From positions 1 to 64,000 of the IMG/VR virus record IMGVR_UViG_3300020048_000007: a stretch of DNA of 64,000 bases. One strand, given 5' to 3'. This DNA comes from a virus. Lineage: Duplodnaviria; Caudoviricetes. A model generated the notes under the pieces. That model searched no databases. It had not been told where the DNA came from and saw only the letters and a program-made list of their open reading frames with translations. The translations under genes were made by a program, and so were the position numbers. Below, one piece after another: positions 19,195 through 27,244 of this stretch (positions are counted from its first letter, which is position 1; every line of letters starts with the position of its first letter).

Positions 19195-19628
19195 CTGTTG
19201 CTCGATGGGTTAAATCTTGAGGAAAAGTCTGTTGGTGTATCAACTTCGCTCGGAACCATCATCGCTATTTGATCGATTTGATTTTTTTCACGATTTTCCT
19301 GATGCTGCTCCGGTTCTTCAACACCAATAATATTATCGGCAGAAATGACTTTTTCGAGAAGATCTCTGGCTCGTTCACCACCACCCAGTAGTTGTATGTA
19401 TCTGCGTGTTAACTTCACTTCTTTTTCAGTGTACGTCTCATTTATTTCTAACTCGTCAATTGGCTCTCCACTATTAAACCCTTGCATGATGTTCTGTCCC
19501 ATGCTTGGGATTGATCCCTCTTGTGCATATGCTGCACCTGTAAGATTTGGTGTTGATCCACCGATCATGCTGTTCTCATTCATCAGATATAGTATCTTTT
19601 GAATGCTTTTATTTGATACTGTTGACAC
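19191..19628 (-). CDS. Hypothetical protein, 145 aa
   Basis: GTG start with AGGAG SD and an upstream AAATCTTTT variant of the promoter motif (19650-19658). Confidence 0.7.
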   Translation of the reverse strand: MSTVSNKSIQKILYLMNENSMIGGSTPNLTGAAYAQEGSIPSMGQNIMQGFNSGEPIDELEINETYTEKEVKLTRRYIQLLGGGERARDLLEKVISADNIIGVEEPEQHQENREKNQIDQIAMMVPSEVDTPTDFSSRFNPSSNR

Positions 19629-19702
19629 GATAGTCTCCTATTCTCTTATAAAAGATTTGATACCAAAAATACCTTATAGATCCTCGCACAAGGAGCGGAA
19701 TA

Positions 19703-19966
19703 ATGCAGCCAGTCGCATATTATCGAATACTAGCTAACTCAGACACGAATCTTTTCTTCAAAGAGATAGAAAAAATCGGCTTCGTTCTTGAAGGCAGGAA
19801 AGAGCGAAACCCATTGGTAAAAACCGTGGAAGAAGCTCGCGTCAGAGCCATCGCCAGCACGATCTCGGAAGACCAAGACGACAATCAGAACCTAGAGCCA
19901 GAACTGCAGGCAATAAAGGAATTAGCCGAAGCACTTGGTTTCATAGTATCATATGAAAGCGCCTAA
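19703..19966 (+). CDS. Hypothetical protein, 87 aa
   Basis: AAGGAG SD; divergent from 19628. Confidence 0.7.
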   Translation: MQPVAYYRILANSDTNLFFKEIEKIGFVLEGRKERNPLVKTVEEARVRAIASTISEDQDDNQNLEPELQAIKELAEALGFIVSYESA

Positions 19967-20007
19967 TAAACCTGCTGAAGGATAGATAGTCACAAAGGGA
20001 GCTGAAT

Positions 20008-20418
20008 ATGTCGGATATGCCAATCCTGGGCAAAGAGAATGTAGTATCTCCGGTTGATTCATTTATACTTGATATTACCCACTATTTAGATGTAATCCGG
20101 CCAAAAGACTACTTCATATTCCGTGAAGATTTCGACCCGCACACATACTTCATCACAAGCGGCGACGCTATCAACAAGACACAAATGCTACTAACCGATT
20201 TGGACTCGTACAAGACACATATCCAAGAATGCATAAACAACCAGAAAGCATACACAAATATTGAACTTGAATTTTTAAGCATAATTGACGATGCCATTGC
20301 TAGCGCGCACCAATTACTAAGTGACCTTTACACAGCTAAGGGTGAAAATTGCTTCCTAGAAATAGAATGGGAAGACCACAGCATTCGAGTGGTCCCGAAA
20401 AATCCACGCGCTAGATGA
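20008..20418 (+). CDS. Hypothetical protein, 136 aa
   Basis: GGGAG SD. Confidence 0.7.
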   Translation: MSDMPILGKENVVSPVDSFILDITHYLDVIRPKDYFIFREDFDPHTYFITSGDAINKTQMLLTDLDSYKTHIQECINNQKAYTNIELEFLSIIDDAIASAHQLLSDLYTAKGENCFLEIEWEDHSIRVVPKNPRAR

Positions 20419-20527
20419 TTTACAGTCCCCATAGATTAATTAGTATCTTTATGTTTTGTAGTTTCATATTGAGGAACAATTTGTAGACTGCAACACATGT
20501 ATTGGCACCTATACAGAAAGGGACAAT

Positions 20528-21646
20528 ATGCCGCACTACATCTTCGAAGGCCCCGACGGGGCTGGTAAAAGCACCGCAATCACAGAGGTCCGAAAGCTGC
20601 TCGACAGCCGAGCACTTGTACAGCAATACCAGCTGCCGGGCACGACAAAAATAGGCATCCACATCAGGACACTTGTCAAAACACCCTGGGTTTTTGATGC
20701 TGACATTACGATGTCGCCATTCACTAGGCAAATGCTGTACGCAGTGGATTACGCTGGTTTCGTGGAACAAGTCCTAATCCCGGATCTAGAGACCAATACC
20801 ATAGTGCTTCTAGACAGAAGCTCAGCCATCTCTTCAATCGTATACGGTCAGGCAGAGGGCGTAGACACAGCTCGACTCGAAAAGCTTTACGACCTCATAG
20901 AAACACCACCAGCCAACATTGTGTTCATCTTTGATCTGCCAGCCCAGACCAGCATGGACAGGATGAAAGGCTCGAGAGATCCAGGTGACCACTTCGACAG
21001 CAAGCCGCCCGAGTTTAAGACAGCATTGCACGATGCTTATAAGAGCCTTGCTTATGGTGGGGTTGACCCAAAGATAGCACTTAAGACAGTGCGAATTGAT
21101 GCCACCGAACATCCCGATCAAATCGTGAAGACTATATTCAATCATATTACTCAGGATCTGGGGATCGAGCAAATCGAAGACCAGGATGTGGGGATTGCGT
21201 CAGAAGTGACCCTGGACAGCGTTCGGCTCGAGGTTATGTTGATGCATCCTAACGCCAAGATCCCATGGCGTTCAAGATCAACGGACGCTGGCTACGATCT
21301 CTTCTCTATAGAAGACACTGTATTACAGCCAATCACTTCTACAATGGTCGCAACAGGCATAAGGTTGGCTTGCCCACCTGGCTACTATTACACCATAGAG
21401 GGCCGCAGCAGCATGTGGTCGAAGGGTGTAGAGCCCAGCAGAGGTATCATCGACAGCACGTACTGTGGTGATTTGTACGTCAGTCTTACTAACTGGGGTA
21501 GAGACACTTATCAGATCAGATCTGGCGACAGAATAGCTCAAATATTGTTGCACAGACAACATGATGCCGACATTCGAATCGTGCAGGAATTCGGTCCAAC
21601 ATACAATCAACGCGGACAAGCAGGTTTTGGGAGCACAGGCAAATGA
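20528..21646 (+). CDS. tmk-dut: Bifunctional thymidylate kinase (N-terminal) - dUTPase (C-terminal) fusion
   Basis: P-loop IFEGPDGAGKST and LLDRS...SSIVYGQ (Tmk); dUTPase motifs AGYDL, EGRSS, IIDSTYCG, RIAQ, RGQAGFGSTG. Confidence 0.92.
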   Translation: MPHYIFEGPDGAGKSTAITEVRKLLDSRALVQQYQLPGTTKIGIHIRTLVKTPWVFDADITMSPFTRQMLYAVDYAGFVEQVLIPDLETNTIVLLDRSSAISSIVYGQAEGVDTARLEKLYDLIETPPANIVFIFDLPAQTSMDRMKGSRDPGDHFDSKPPEFKTALHDAYKSLAYGGVDPKIALKTVRIDATEHPDQIVKTIFNHITQDLGIEQIEDQDVGIASEVTLDSVRLEVMLMHPNAKIPWRSRSTDAGYDLFSIEDTVLQPITSTMVATGIRLACPPGYYYTIEGRSSMWSKGVEPSRGIIDSTYCGDLYVSLTNWGRDTYQIRSGDRIAQILLHRQHDADIRIVQEFGPTYNQRGQAGFGSTGK

Positions 21647-21969
21647 ATTATCTAGTGACCTTCGCGAAAGTATCCATCGATAAAGTCGATGGAATAGAGC
21701 TTTTAGGGACATATTTTGGAGGGCTAACACCAGATGAAGCGGAAGCCGAACAGATGGCCCATGACTGTGTTAACCAGTCAAAAGGTGGCACGATACTACC
21801 GGCCATAAGCATTCTTAAAACGCCGGAGGATTTATTAGAGATGATTGATGTGGCCCACACCCGATTTGAAGCAAAAACTAGACAAATGAGAGAAGCCCAC
21901 GAAATTTTAACAAAGACAACGAGATCCGGAAAGAAATCTAAGAAGACTCTAAAAAAACTATTGGACTAA
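21643..21969 (+). CDS. Hypothetical protein with a basic C-terminus, 108 aa
   Basis: ATGA coupling to tmk-dut. Confidence 0.7.
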   Translation: MNYLVTFAKVSIDKVDGIELLGTYFGGLTPDEAEAEQMAHDCVNQSKGGTILPAISILKTPEDLLEMIDVAHTRFEAKTRQMREAHEILTKTTRSGKKSKKTLKKLLD

Positions 21970-22014
21970 TCAAACGCATTTTAAGTCTTATCTCAAACTG
22001 AATCTGTCAAAAAT

Positions 22015-22053
22015 CATGGCTTAAAACTTCAGTACAGAGAGTTTTAAGCCATG
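22015..22053. terminator. 14-bp perfect inverted repeat between convergent genes
   Basis: CATGGCTTAAAACT-N11-AGTTTTAAGCCATG; no U-tract on either side. Confidence 0.65.
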
Positions 22054-22062
22054 CTGCTGAAA

Positions 22063-24540
22063 TTACGACAGATTTAATTGTCCGTACACAAACTCATTCA
22101 TCAACGTCATTTGGGTTCTGACATCCATTTGCCTGAGTTTCGCGCCAGGGAACATTTTCACACCATATTTCCCAAAGCTTGTATAGGTGCTGTTAGGAAT
22201 GGTATAGTATGGTGAAGTTATAGATACCGGAGTGGTCAAAGCAGCACTGGCGTCCGTGTTTGGCGGTATCAAAAGCTGATTCCACCAGACCCACACCTGA
22301 TCGTCCCTCACCATAATCTCAATGCGATTCCAGTATTCATCTTGCTGCCCCGCCACAACACTGCCGCCTTCATAAACCACAAAGCCGGGCACATTGGGAG
22401 TCGGCTGCGTACCTACGCCATCATAGGCATCAGCCTGAGTATAGACACTACTCACAGCATACCCTGGAGCGAGACCCCTAATAAGGTCATCGAGAGTTCC
22501 AGCATTATCGTCAACAAAAGCCCGGCCAACATCTAACGAACCGACGCTGACTTGATAGCGAATGATGTTCGTATTAGTGTCTTGGAAAAATTCACACCGG
22601 ACAACACTAGCGCTATAATCCTCGTGCAATAGCTCACAGATATCACCAGTATCGCCCAAGAACGGCATGTTGTCATCTAAACTAGCCACCAGCATCACAC
22701 TGTTCGTTGTCATCGAAGTGCCCGGATTGGGGAACATGACTTTGTGCGCGTAGTTGAAGACTTGATTATACCCGACTTGAGCTGGCAGGACTCTAATAGA
22801 TCCGCGAGGAGGGAGATCCTTAAAAGTCACCCCCGCGACCCGAATGTAATACCGTCCCTTTATGAGCCCGGTCTCTATAACCTCCATATATTGTTCACTA
22901 AAGCTATCGATTTTACTTCTAATGATAAAATCAATAACCGTGGTGCCATCAACATCTGGCCGTCCTATGTCCGCTCTAATCATAGCATTATTGAGCGATT
23001 TCCTATGCCATAAGTAAACAGGGCGCTCATAATAGTTGGACGGAGGGTTAGTTGTGCTCCGAACCACAAGTCCCGGCAGAGTCGAATCAAACACAGCCCT
23101 GTGTTGGTAGGTTACATCAGCCTCTTGGTCAGTAGGGTCGTCTGTTATAGAGTTTACTGCGATATTCATGCTCAGCAATGGGTCATCAAATCCTGTTAGA
23201 CCCCACTCAGCATGCTCAAAATCCCTTATCGCTTCCACTTGTATTTCTGTATTGCTGGATTCTGACGAGGTGTAGAAACCAGCAGTGGCTTCAGATGGTG
23301 GCGTCTCTTTGCGTGCAGTAGAAACGTCTCCAAATTGCACGTGGCCGACCCAGTTCCAGATATAAGACGGGTTTAAAGTCGGCTTCTTATTGAAGAAGTA
23401 GGTCTTCCCAACTCCGTTACTGTAACTCCACAAGTCGACCAATGTTCCTACCGGCAATATATCAACAGCCGCATCTAATGCAACGGTTTTAGGATTCGTT
23501 CCGTTAGTCGCATTTTCTGGATTGTTGTATTGCCATACGTTTTTGGCCGTGAACATCGTGCCAATTGGGTTGGCGTTAAATGTGTCCCAGAATCTGACGT
23601 GGTAGTTGTTGGTTGATAGCAGTTCTGCTGGGTATTCAACTATCACACCCATTTGTTTGGTAAGAGTGTTTCCTTTGTAGAGTATCGCGCCTAGAAGATT
23701 AGGGTCGCTTGCTACTTCAAATTCGTATTTTATCTGGTTACCGTTCGTGTCTTTGCCCATGTACCAGATCATGGATGGGACAATAGCTGTGTCTGATGGC
23801 GGCGAGAATACCCAACCGATGTCGGTGGTGCTGAGATTGTTAGGATCTCTTCTTAAGATCATCTCATGGTAAGCTGAGTTGCTATTGACCGAATTTAGTT
23901 GCCGTTTAAACAGAAATGCCGGATAGTTGGTCTTGTTATTAGTGGTAGCTTCTGGATTTGCTGGGTCAGCTATTGTTGCTTCAGGGAATGTGTATATGCT
24001 TAGTTCACCGTACCCGTTTATGTTCGGAAGTTTGCCAGTTGAGACTGGTGGGCGTATGCCAACTGTGTCTGTTCCGTCTTGAACCCAATAAATCTGGTTT
24101 ACTTGTTCGTTTCTACAGTTCAATGGTATTGGGCTGTCTACTGTGAATCTTACTACGTTGCCAAATCGTTCGAGCGATATAAAGCCTGAGCCAGCAGCTA
24201 AGATAACGTCACCCTGGAGCCAGCCGCCGTCTTCCGGGAACCCTGAGCCTTGGAATCCTAAGACACCGACTCGCATCTGTAAGAGGCTGTCTAATCGGCA
24301 CTTGTCTACTGAGGACATGAGACCTGGTGTGTCGCATGTGGCGGGTGGGATCGGGTCTTCTGCGATGTGGGTGACACCGTGAAAACTTGGGTAGATCACC
24401 TGTGATTCTTTGAAATAAAATGCTCTTTGTTGCAAATCATAAGAGAATCCGGTCGTGACGCCGTTAGGCCCATCTACCGTTATAAAGACACCATCACGCA
24501 GAACATTATCATTATGCTGAGGAAGCTTCGAAATCGCCAT
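22063..24540 (-). CDS. Putative virion structural (tail) protein, 825 aa
   Basis: Contains ATCDTPGLMSSVDKCRLDS, an ATxxxxGLMSxxDKxKLD-type tail-fibre motif; AAGGAG SD. Confidence 0.6.
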   Translation of the reverse strand: MAISKLPQHNDNVLRDGVFITVDGPNGVTTGFSYDLQQRAFYFKESQVIYPSFHGVTHIAEDPIPPATCDTPGLMSSVDKCRLDSLLQMRVGVLGFQGSGFPEDGGWLQGDVILAAGSGFISLERFGNVVRFTVDSPIPLNCRNEQVNQIYWVQDGTDTVGIRPPVSTGKLPNINGYGELSIYTFPEATIADPANPEATTNNKTNYPAFLFKRQLNSVNSNSAYHEMILRRDPNNLSTTDIGWVFSPPSDTAIVPSMIWYMGKDTNGNQIKYEFEVASDPNLLGAILYKGNTLTKQMGVIVEYPAELLSTNNYHVRFWDTFNANPIGTMFTAKNVWQYNNPENATNGTNPKTVALDAAVDILPVGTLVDLWSYSNGVGKTYFFNKKPTLNPSYIWNWVGHVQFGDVSTARKETPPSEATAGFYTSSESSNTEIQVEAIRDFEHAEWGLTGFDDPLLSMNIAVNSITDDPTDQEADVTYQHRAVFDSTLPGLVVRSTTNPPSNYYERPVYLWHRKSLNNAMIRADIGRPDVDGTTVIDFIIRSKIDSFSEQYMEVIETGLIKGRYYIRVAGVTFKDLPPRGSIRVLPAQVGYNQVFNYAHKVMFPNPGTSMTTNSVMLVASLDDNMPFLGDTGDICELLHEDYSASVVRCEFFQDTNTNIIRYQVSVGSLDVGRAFVDDNAGTLDDLIRGLAPGYAVSSVYTQADAYDGVGTQPTPNVPGFVVYEGGSVVAGQQDEYWNRIEIMVRDDQVWVWWNQLLIPPNTDASAALTTPVSITSPYYTIPNSTYTSFGKYGVKMFPGAKLRQMDVRTQMTLMNEFVYGQLNLS

Positions 24541-24561
24541 CAGTATAGTCTCCTTCTACAA

Positions 24562-24570
24562 AATAGATTT
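24562..24570 (-). promoter_or_regulatory. Putative phage promoter motif AAATCTATT
   Basis: Upstream of the SD of 24540; same variant as 60698. Confidence 0.5.
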
Positions 24571-24576
24571 GGCTTA

Positions 24577-26205
24577 TTACCATACAGCTAGAAAATCGAT
24601 CACGGAAGTAATCGCATTCCTCTTGTACTCAATCAGATATTCTGGCTTAAATTTAGCCACAATCTCATCCTTCACATTTCTAGGTACAAAGACAATGATT
24701 CTCTCAGCTTTATCATAATGAGACTTTATCTTCTCGATATCAGGAAAAAAGAAATCATGATGCAAAATAGCCCCAACATTCTCACCCATATACTGATTAT
24801 GCTTCAAACCGACAAAATCAGCAAAACCATTGTTCAAAATCTTCTCTATCTTATGACCAGGCAGATACTTGTACTCTAAACCAGCAATAGCAGCAGCCAA
24901 AGCATTATAACCATAACTAGGAGATAGATCAAGAATCGATCCCTTCACACCTAATATCTTAAGAATCGAATAAACAGAGCCGAAATCTCTATAAAACTTA
25001 AACTTACGACCGAATAAAACCTTAGTCTTAGTATCCGCACAAATAAACCGCATAAAATTTCTAAAAGAAAGCTCGGACCGTTTCCTCCTTCGAAGAAACC
25101 TTGCCACAGACCTATACCTTGCTTCGTTATTCAGCTTACTAGCTATCAGAGGGCCAAATGAAAACTTAAAAAAATGCTCAGCAATATAATGTCCAGGAGC
25201 CTCCCTCCCACCTCTGATGGAAGGTTGGAACACCTTATCGATAAAGTACCTGTTGTGATCAGTATTCCTACACTTCTCAAGATCTGCCATAAGCACATCC
25301 ATTGGATGAGTCATCTGCATCCATCTTCTTTCTGAAATCTCAGCTAAGAAAGTATGGACAGCAATTCGCTTTTCAATGGATGTCAAGCCGGTAAAATCCC
25401 GATTTACCTTAACATGGGCAGGATAAGGGCATTCACCCATCATGCCACGACCATAGACGTGTATGATGTTACGGACATTTTTAATAAAGCTACCATGTTC
25501 TTTAATGAAATAAGTCTTATACCTGTTACGGATGGTCCCAGCGTAACGGTATTTCTCAACGATACCAGACCTATATGAAACAAGGAGAGTATACCGCCTG
25601 AATTTAGCATAGCGAACGACAGGCAGCTTAGATAGTTCATGCTGCATAACCCGCATGTATAGAGGAATAGGACAGTCAGTTAGAAACTTCCTATTAAATC
25701 CATACTTGATTGCCCATTGGGTGATGGCATTTGTGCTTACTGACGCAATTTTTGCCATCTCTGATACGGTCATCATCTTGGTAACATAATGCTCATAAAA
25801 CCATTCATAATTATCACAGGGGTTTCTTATTATGATTTTGCGACCAGCTTTGTTACTCACAGTGTAGACAGTTTTTAAAGTAACACCCAATATAGCAGCG
25901 ATCTGTTTTGCGCCATATGTATCCATAGCTGGGACAATCCAGTCTGGATCTTTCCAGTTTACTGGTACGCTGTCTAGATGTTGATACACCTTTGGGGGCT
26001 TTAATACTTTAGGCTCACCGACTTCTATAAGACCACACCGTTTTCTGAGTCGAAATAGGTGTGATTTGTTTATTCTTAATGATTTGGCTATGTCAGCTAT
26101 CTTTAAGTAATTGTATTTGTTAAACCATTTTCTTAAAAGATCATTATCATGCCTTGCTTCTAAATATCCTTCACAGATCTCTTTTTCTATCTTACCGTCT
26201 GCCAT
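24577..26205 (-). CDS. Basic protein with three tandem HTH-like motifs and a degenerate DNA-methyltransferase-like C-terminus
   Basis: LKIADIAKSLRINKSHLFRLRKRCG; YGAKQIAAILGVTLKTVY; EWFYEHYV..MTVSEMAKIASVSTNAITQWAIKYG; SAM-like SILDLSPSYGYNALAAAIAGLEY. Confidence 0.55.
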   Translation of the reverse strand: MADGKIEKEICEGYLEARHDNDLLRKWFNKYNYLKIADIAKSLRINKSHLFRLRKRCGLIEVGEPKVLKPPKVYQHLDSVPVNWKDPDWIVPAMDTYGAKQIAAILGVTLKTVYTVSNKAGRKIIIRNPCDNYEWFYEHYVTKMMTVSEMAKIASVSTNAITQWAIKYGFNRKFLTDCPIPLYMRVMQHELSKLPVVRYAKFRRYTLLVSYRSGIVEKYRYAGTIRNRYKTYFIKEHGSFIKNVRNIIHVYGRGMMGECPYPAHVKVNRDFTGLTSIEKRIAVHTFLAEISERRWMQMTHPMDVLMADLEKCRNTDHNRYFIDKVFQPSIRGGREAPGHYIAEHFFKFSFGPLIASKLNNEARYRSVARFLRRRKRSELSFRNFMRFICADTKTKVLFGRKFKFYRDFGSVYSILKILGVKGSILDLSPSYGYNALAAAIAGLEYKYLPGHKIEKILNNGFADFVGLKHNQYMGENVGAILHHDFFFPDIEKIKSHYDKAERIIVFVPRNVKDEIVAKFKPEYLIEYKRNAITSVIDFLAVW

Positions 26206-27244
26206 TATTTTTAGGTTTCCAGTGATGGACTAATTCATAAGCGGGTTCTATTATATACCTATTATATCGGGGGTCAAAGTATATGATTGACTCTTCTAAG
26301 CCTTCTTCTGGCTCCATCTGTATCTCACCTTCATCAGGTTCAGATGGGTCTTCTGGAGCGTTTCTTTGCGGTGTCTCTGGTCTTTGCGGTTCTACAGGCA
26401 CCGGAGCCGGTTCTGGCGCAGGCCGCTGCGGTCGCCTTTCTAGAGGGTCAGGAGCCGTATTGTCTGCGGCAACGGCTTTAAGCTCGTCATTGGCAGTTTG
26501 TTTTTCGGCTTCTAGCTCTCTTGAAAGCTGTTGAGGTGGCTGTTCTTCCTGCTCAGGCGACACGTAGCCGTCTGGCTCTTTTGCGTCCTGTGCCGTCTGG
26601 GCTATCTTCTGACTTTGTGCATCGGTTCTTGCTTGCTTGATGCGTGCAAAGTTAGCTTTAGCATTCGACACTTCAGGTTCAATGGGCGGTTGCTCTGTAG
26701 GGGGAGCTTGAGCCACAAGCTGAGTCTTCTGATCTAAGGTCTTATCCATCTGAGAAATATCAGTTGGATACTTTGGCATCGCTTGCTGTAATCTTGTTTC
26801 TCGCGTCTTCCTTATCTTATCAAGTCTGGCTTTTGCTAGTTCTTGCCGTGCGGCATCTGGCTCTTTCTTGGGGTATAGCGCAGATTTGTCCACTGCTCGG
26901 ATGTACGATGGATCATAAGTTCTGTAAAATGAGTCGAATATGTCAGGTAAAATCCTTAAGCCACGGTGATACCGGTAGTATAGGTTTTTTGCCTGCATGA
27001 GCGTCGGAAGTGCTCTTCTTAGTCTTTCCCTTTGTCTGTTGTTTAGATAGTTAATATTAACACCGCCGACAAGATTATTGCCGGTCTGCGGGTGGGTGTA
27101 AGCACCAAGTATCAAGACTCTGGGTCTCGGGTCCGTGCGGAATTTATCGTATTGAAAGTTCCATAGTGGCGCTTCACCCTCCTCCTTGAGGATGTATGCA
27201 CCGATTTGGCTTATTTCTATGGTCTGAGCAACAGTTAGTTTCAT
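26192..27244 (-). CDS. T4 gp2 (DNA end protector)-like N-terminal domain + Pro/Glu-rich disordered tail
   Basis: FQYDKFRTDPRPRVLIL...VGGVNINYLNNRQRERLRRAL...FYRTY resembles the gp2 core (D..PL+++...G+NLHYL...R..LL). Confidence 0.45.
   Translation of the reverse strand: MKLTVAQTIEISQIGAYILKEEGEAPLWNFQYDKFRTDPRPRVLILGAYTHPQTGNNLVGGVNINYLNNRQRERLRRALPTLMQAKNLYYRYHRGLRILPDIFDSFYRTYDPSYIRAVDKSALYPKKEPDAARQELAKARLDKIRKTRETRLQQAMPKYPTDISQMDKTLDQKTQLVAQAPPTEQPPIEPEVSNAKANFARIKQARTDAQSQKIAQTAQDAKEPDGYVSPEQEEQPPQQLSRELEAEKQTANDELKAVAADNTAPDPLERRPQRPAPEPAPVPVEPQRPETPQRNAPEDPSEPDEGEIQMEPEEGLEESIIYFDPRYNRYIIEPAYELVHHWKPKNNGRR

Noticed and set aside
20420-20770. 116-aa minus-strand ORF
   Set aside because: Mostly antisense to tmk-dut, with no recognisable motif or SD.
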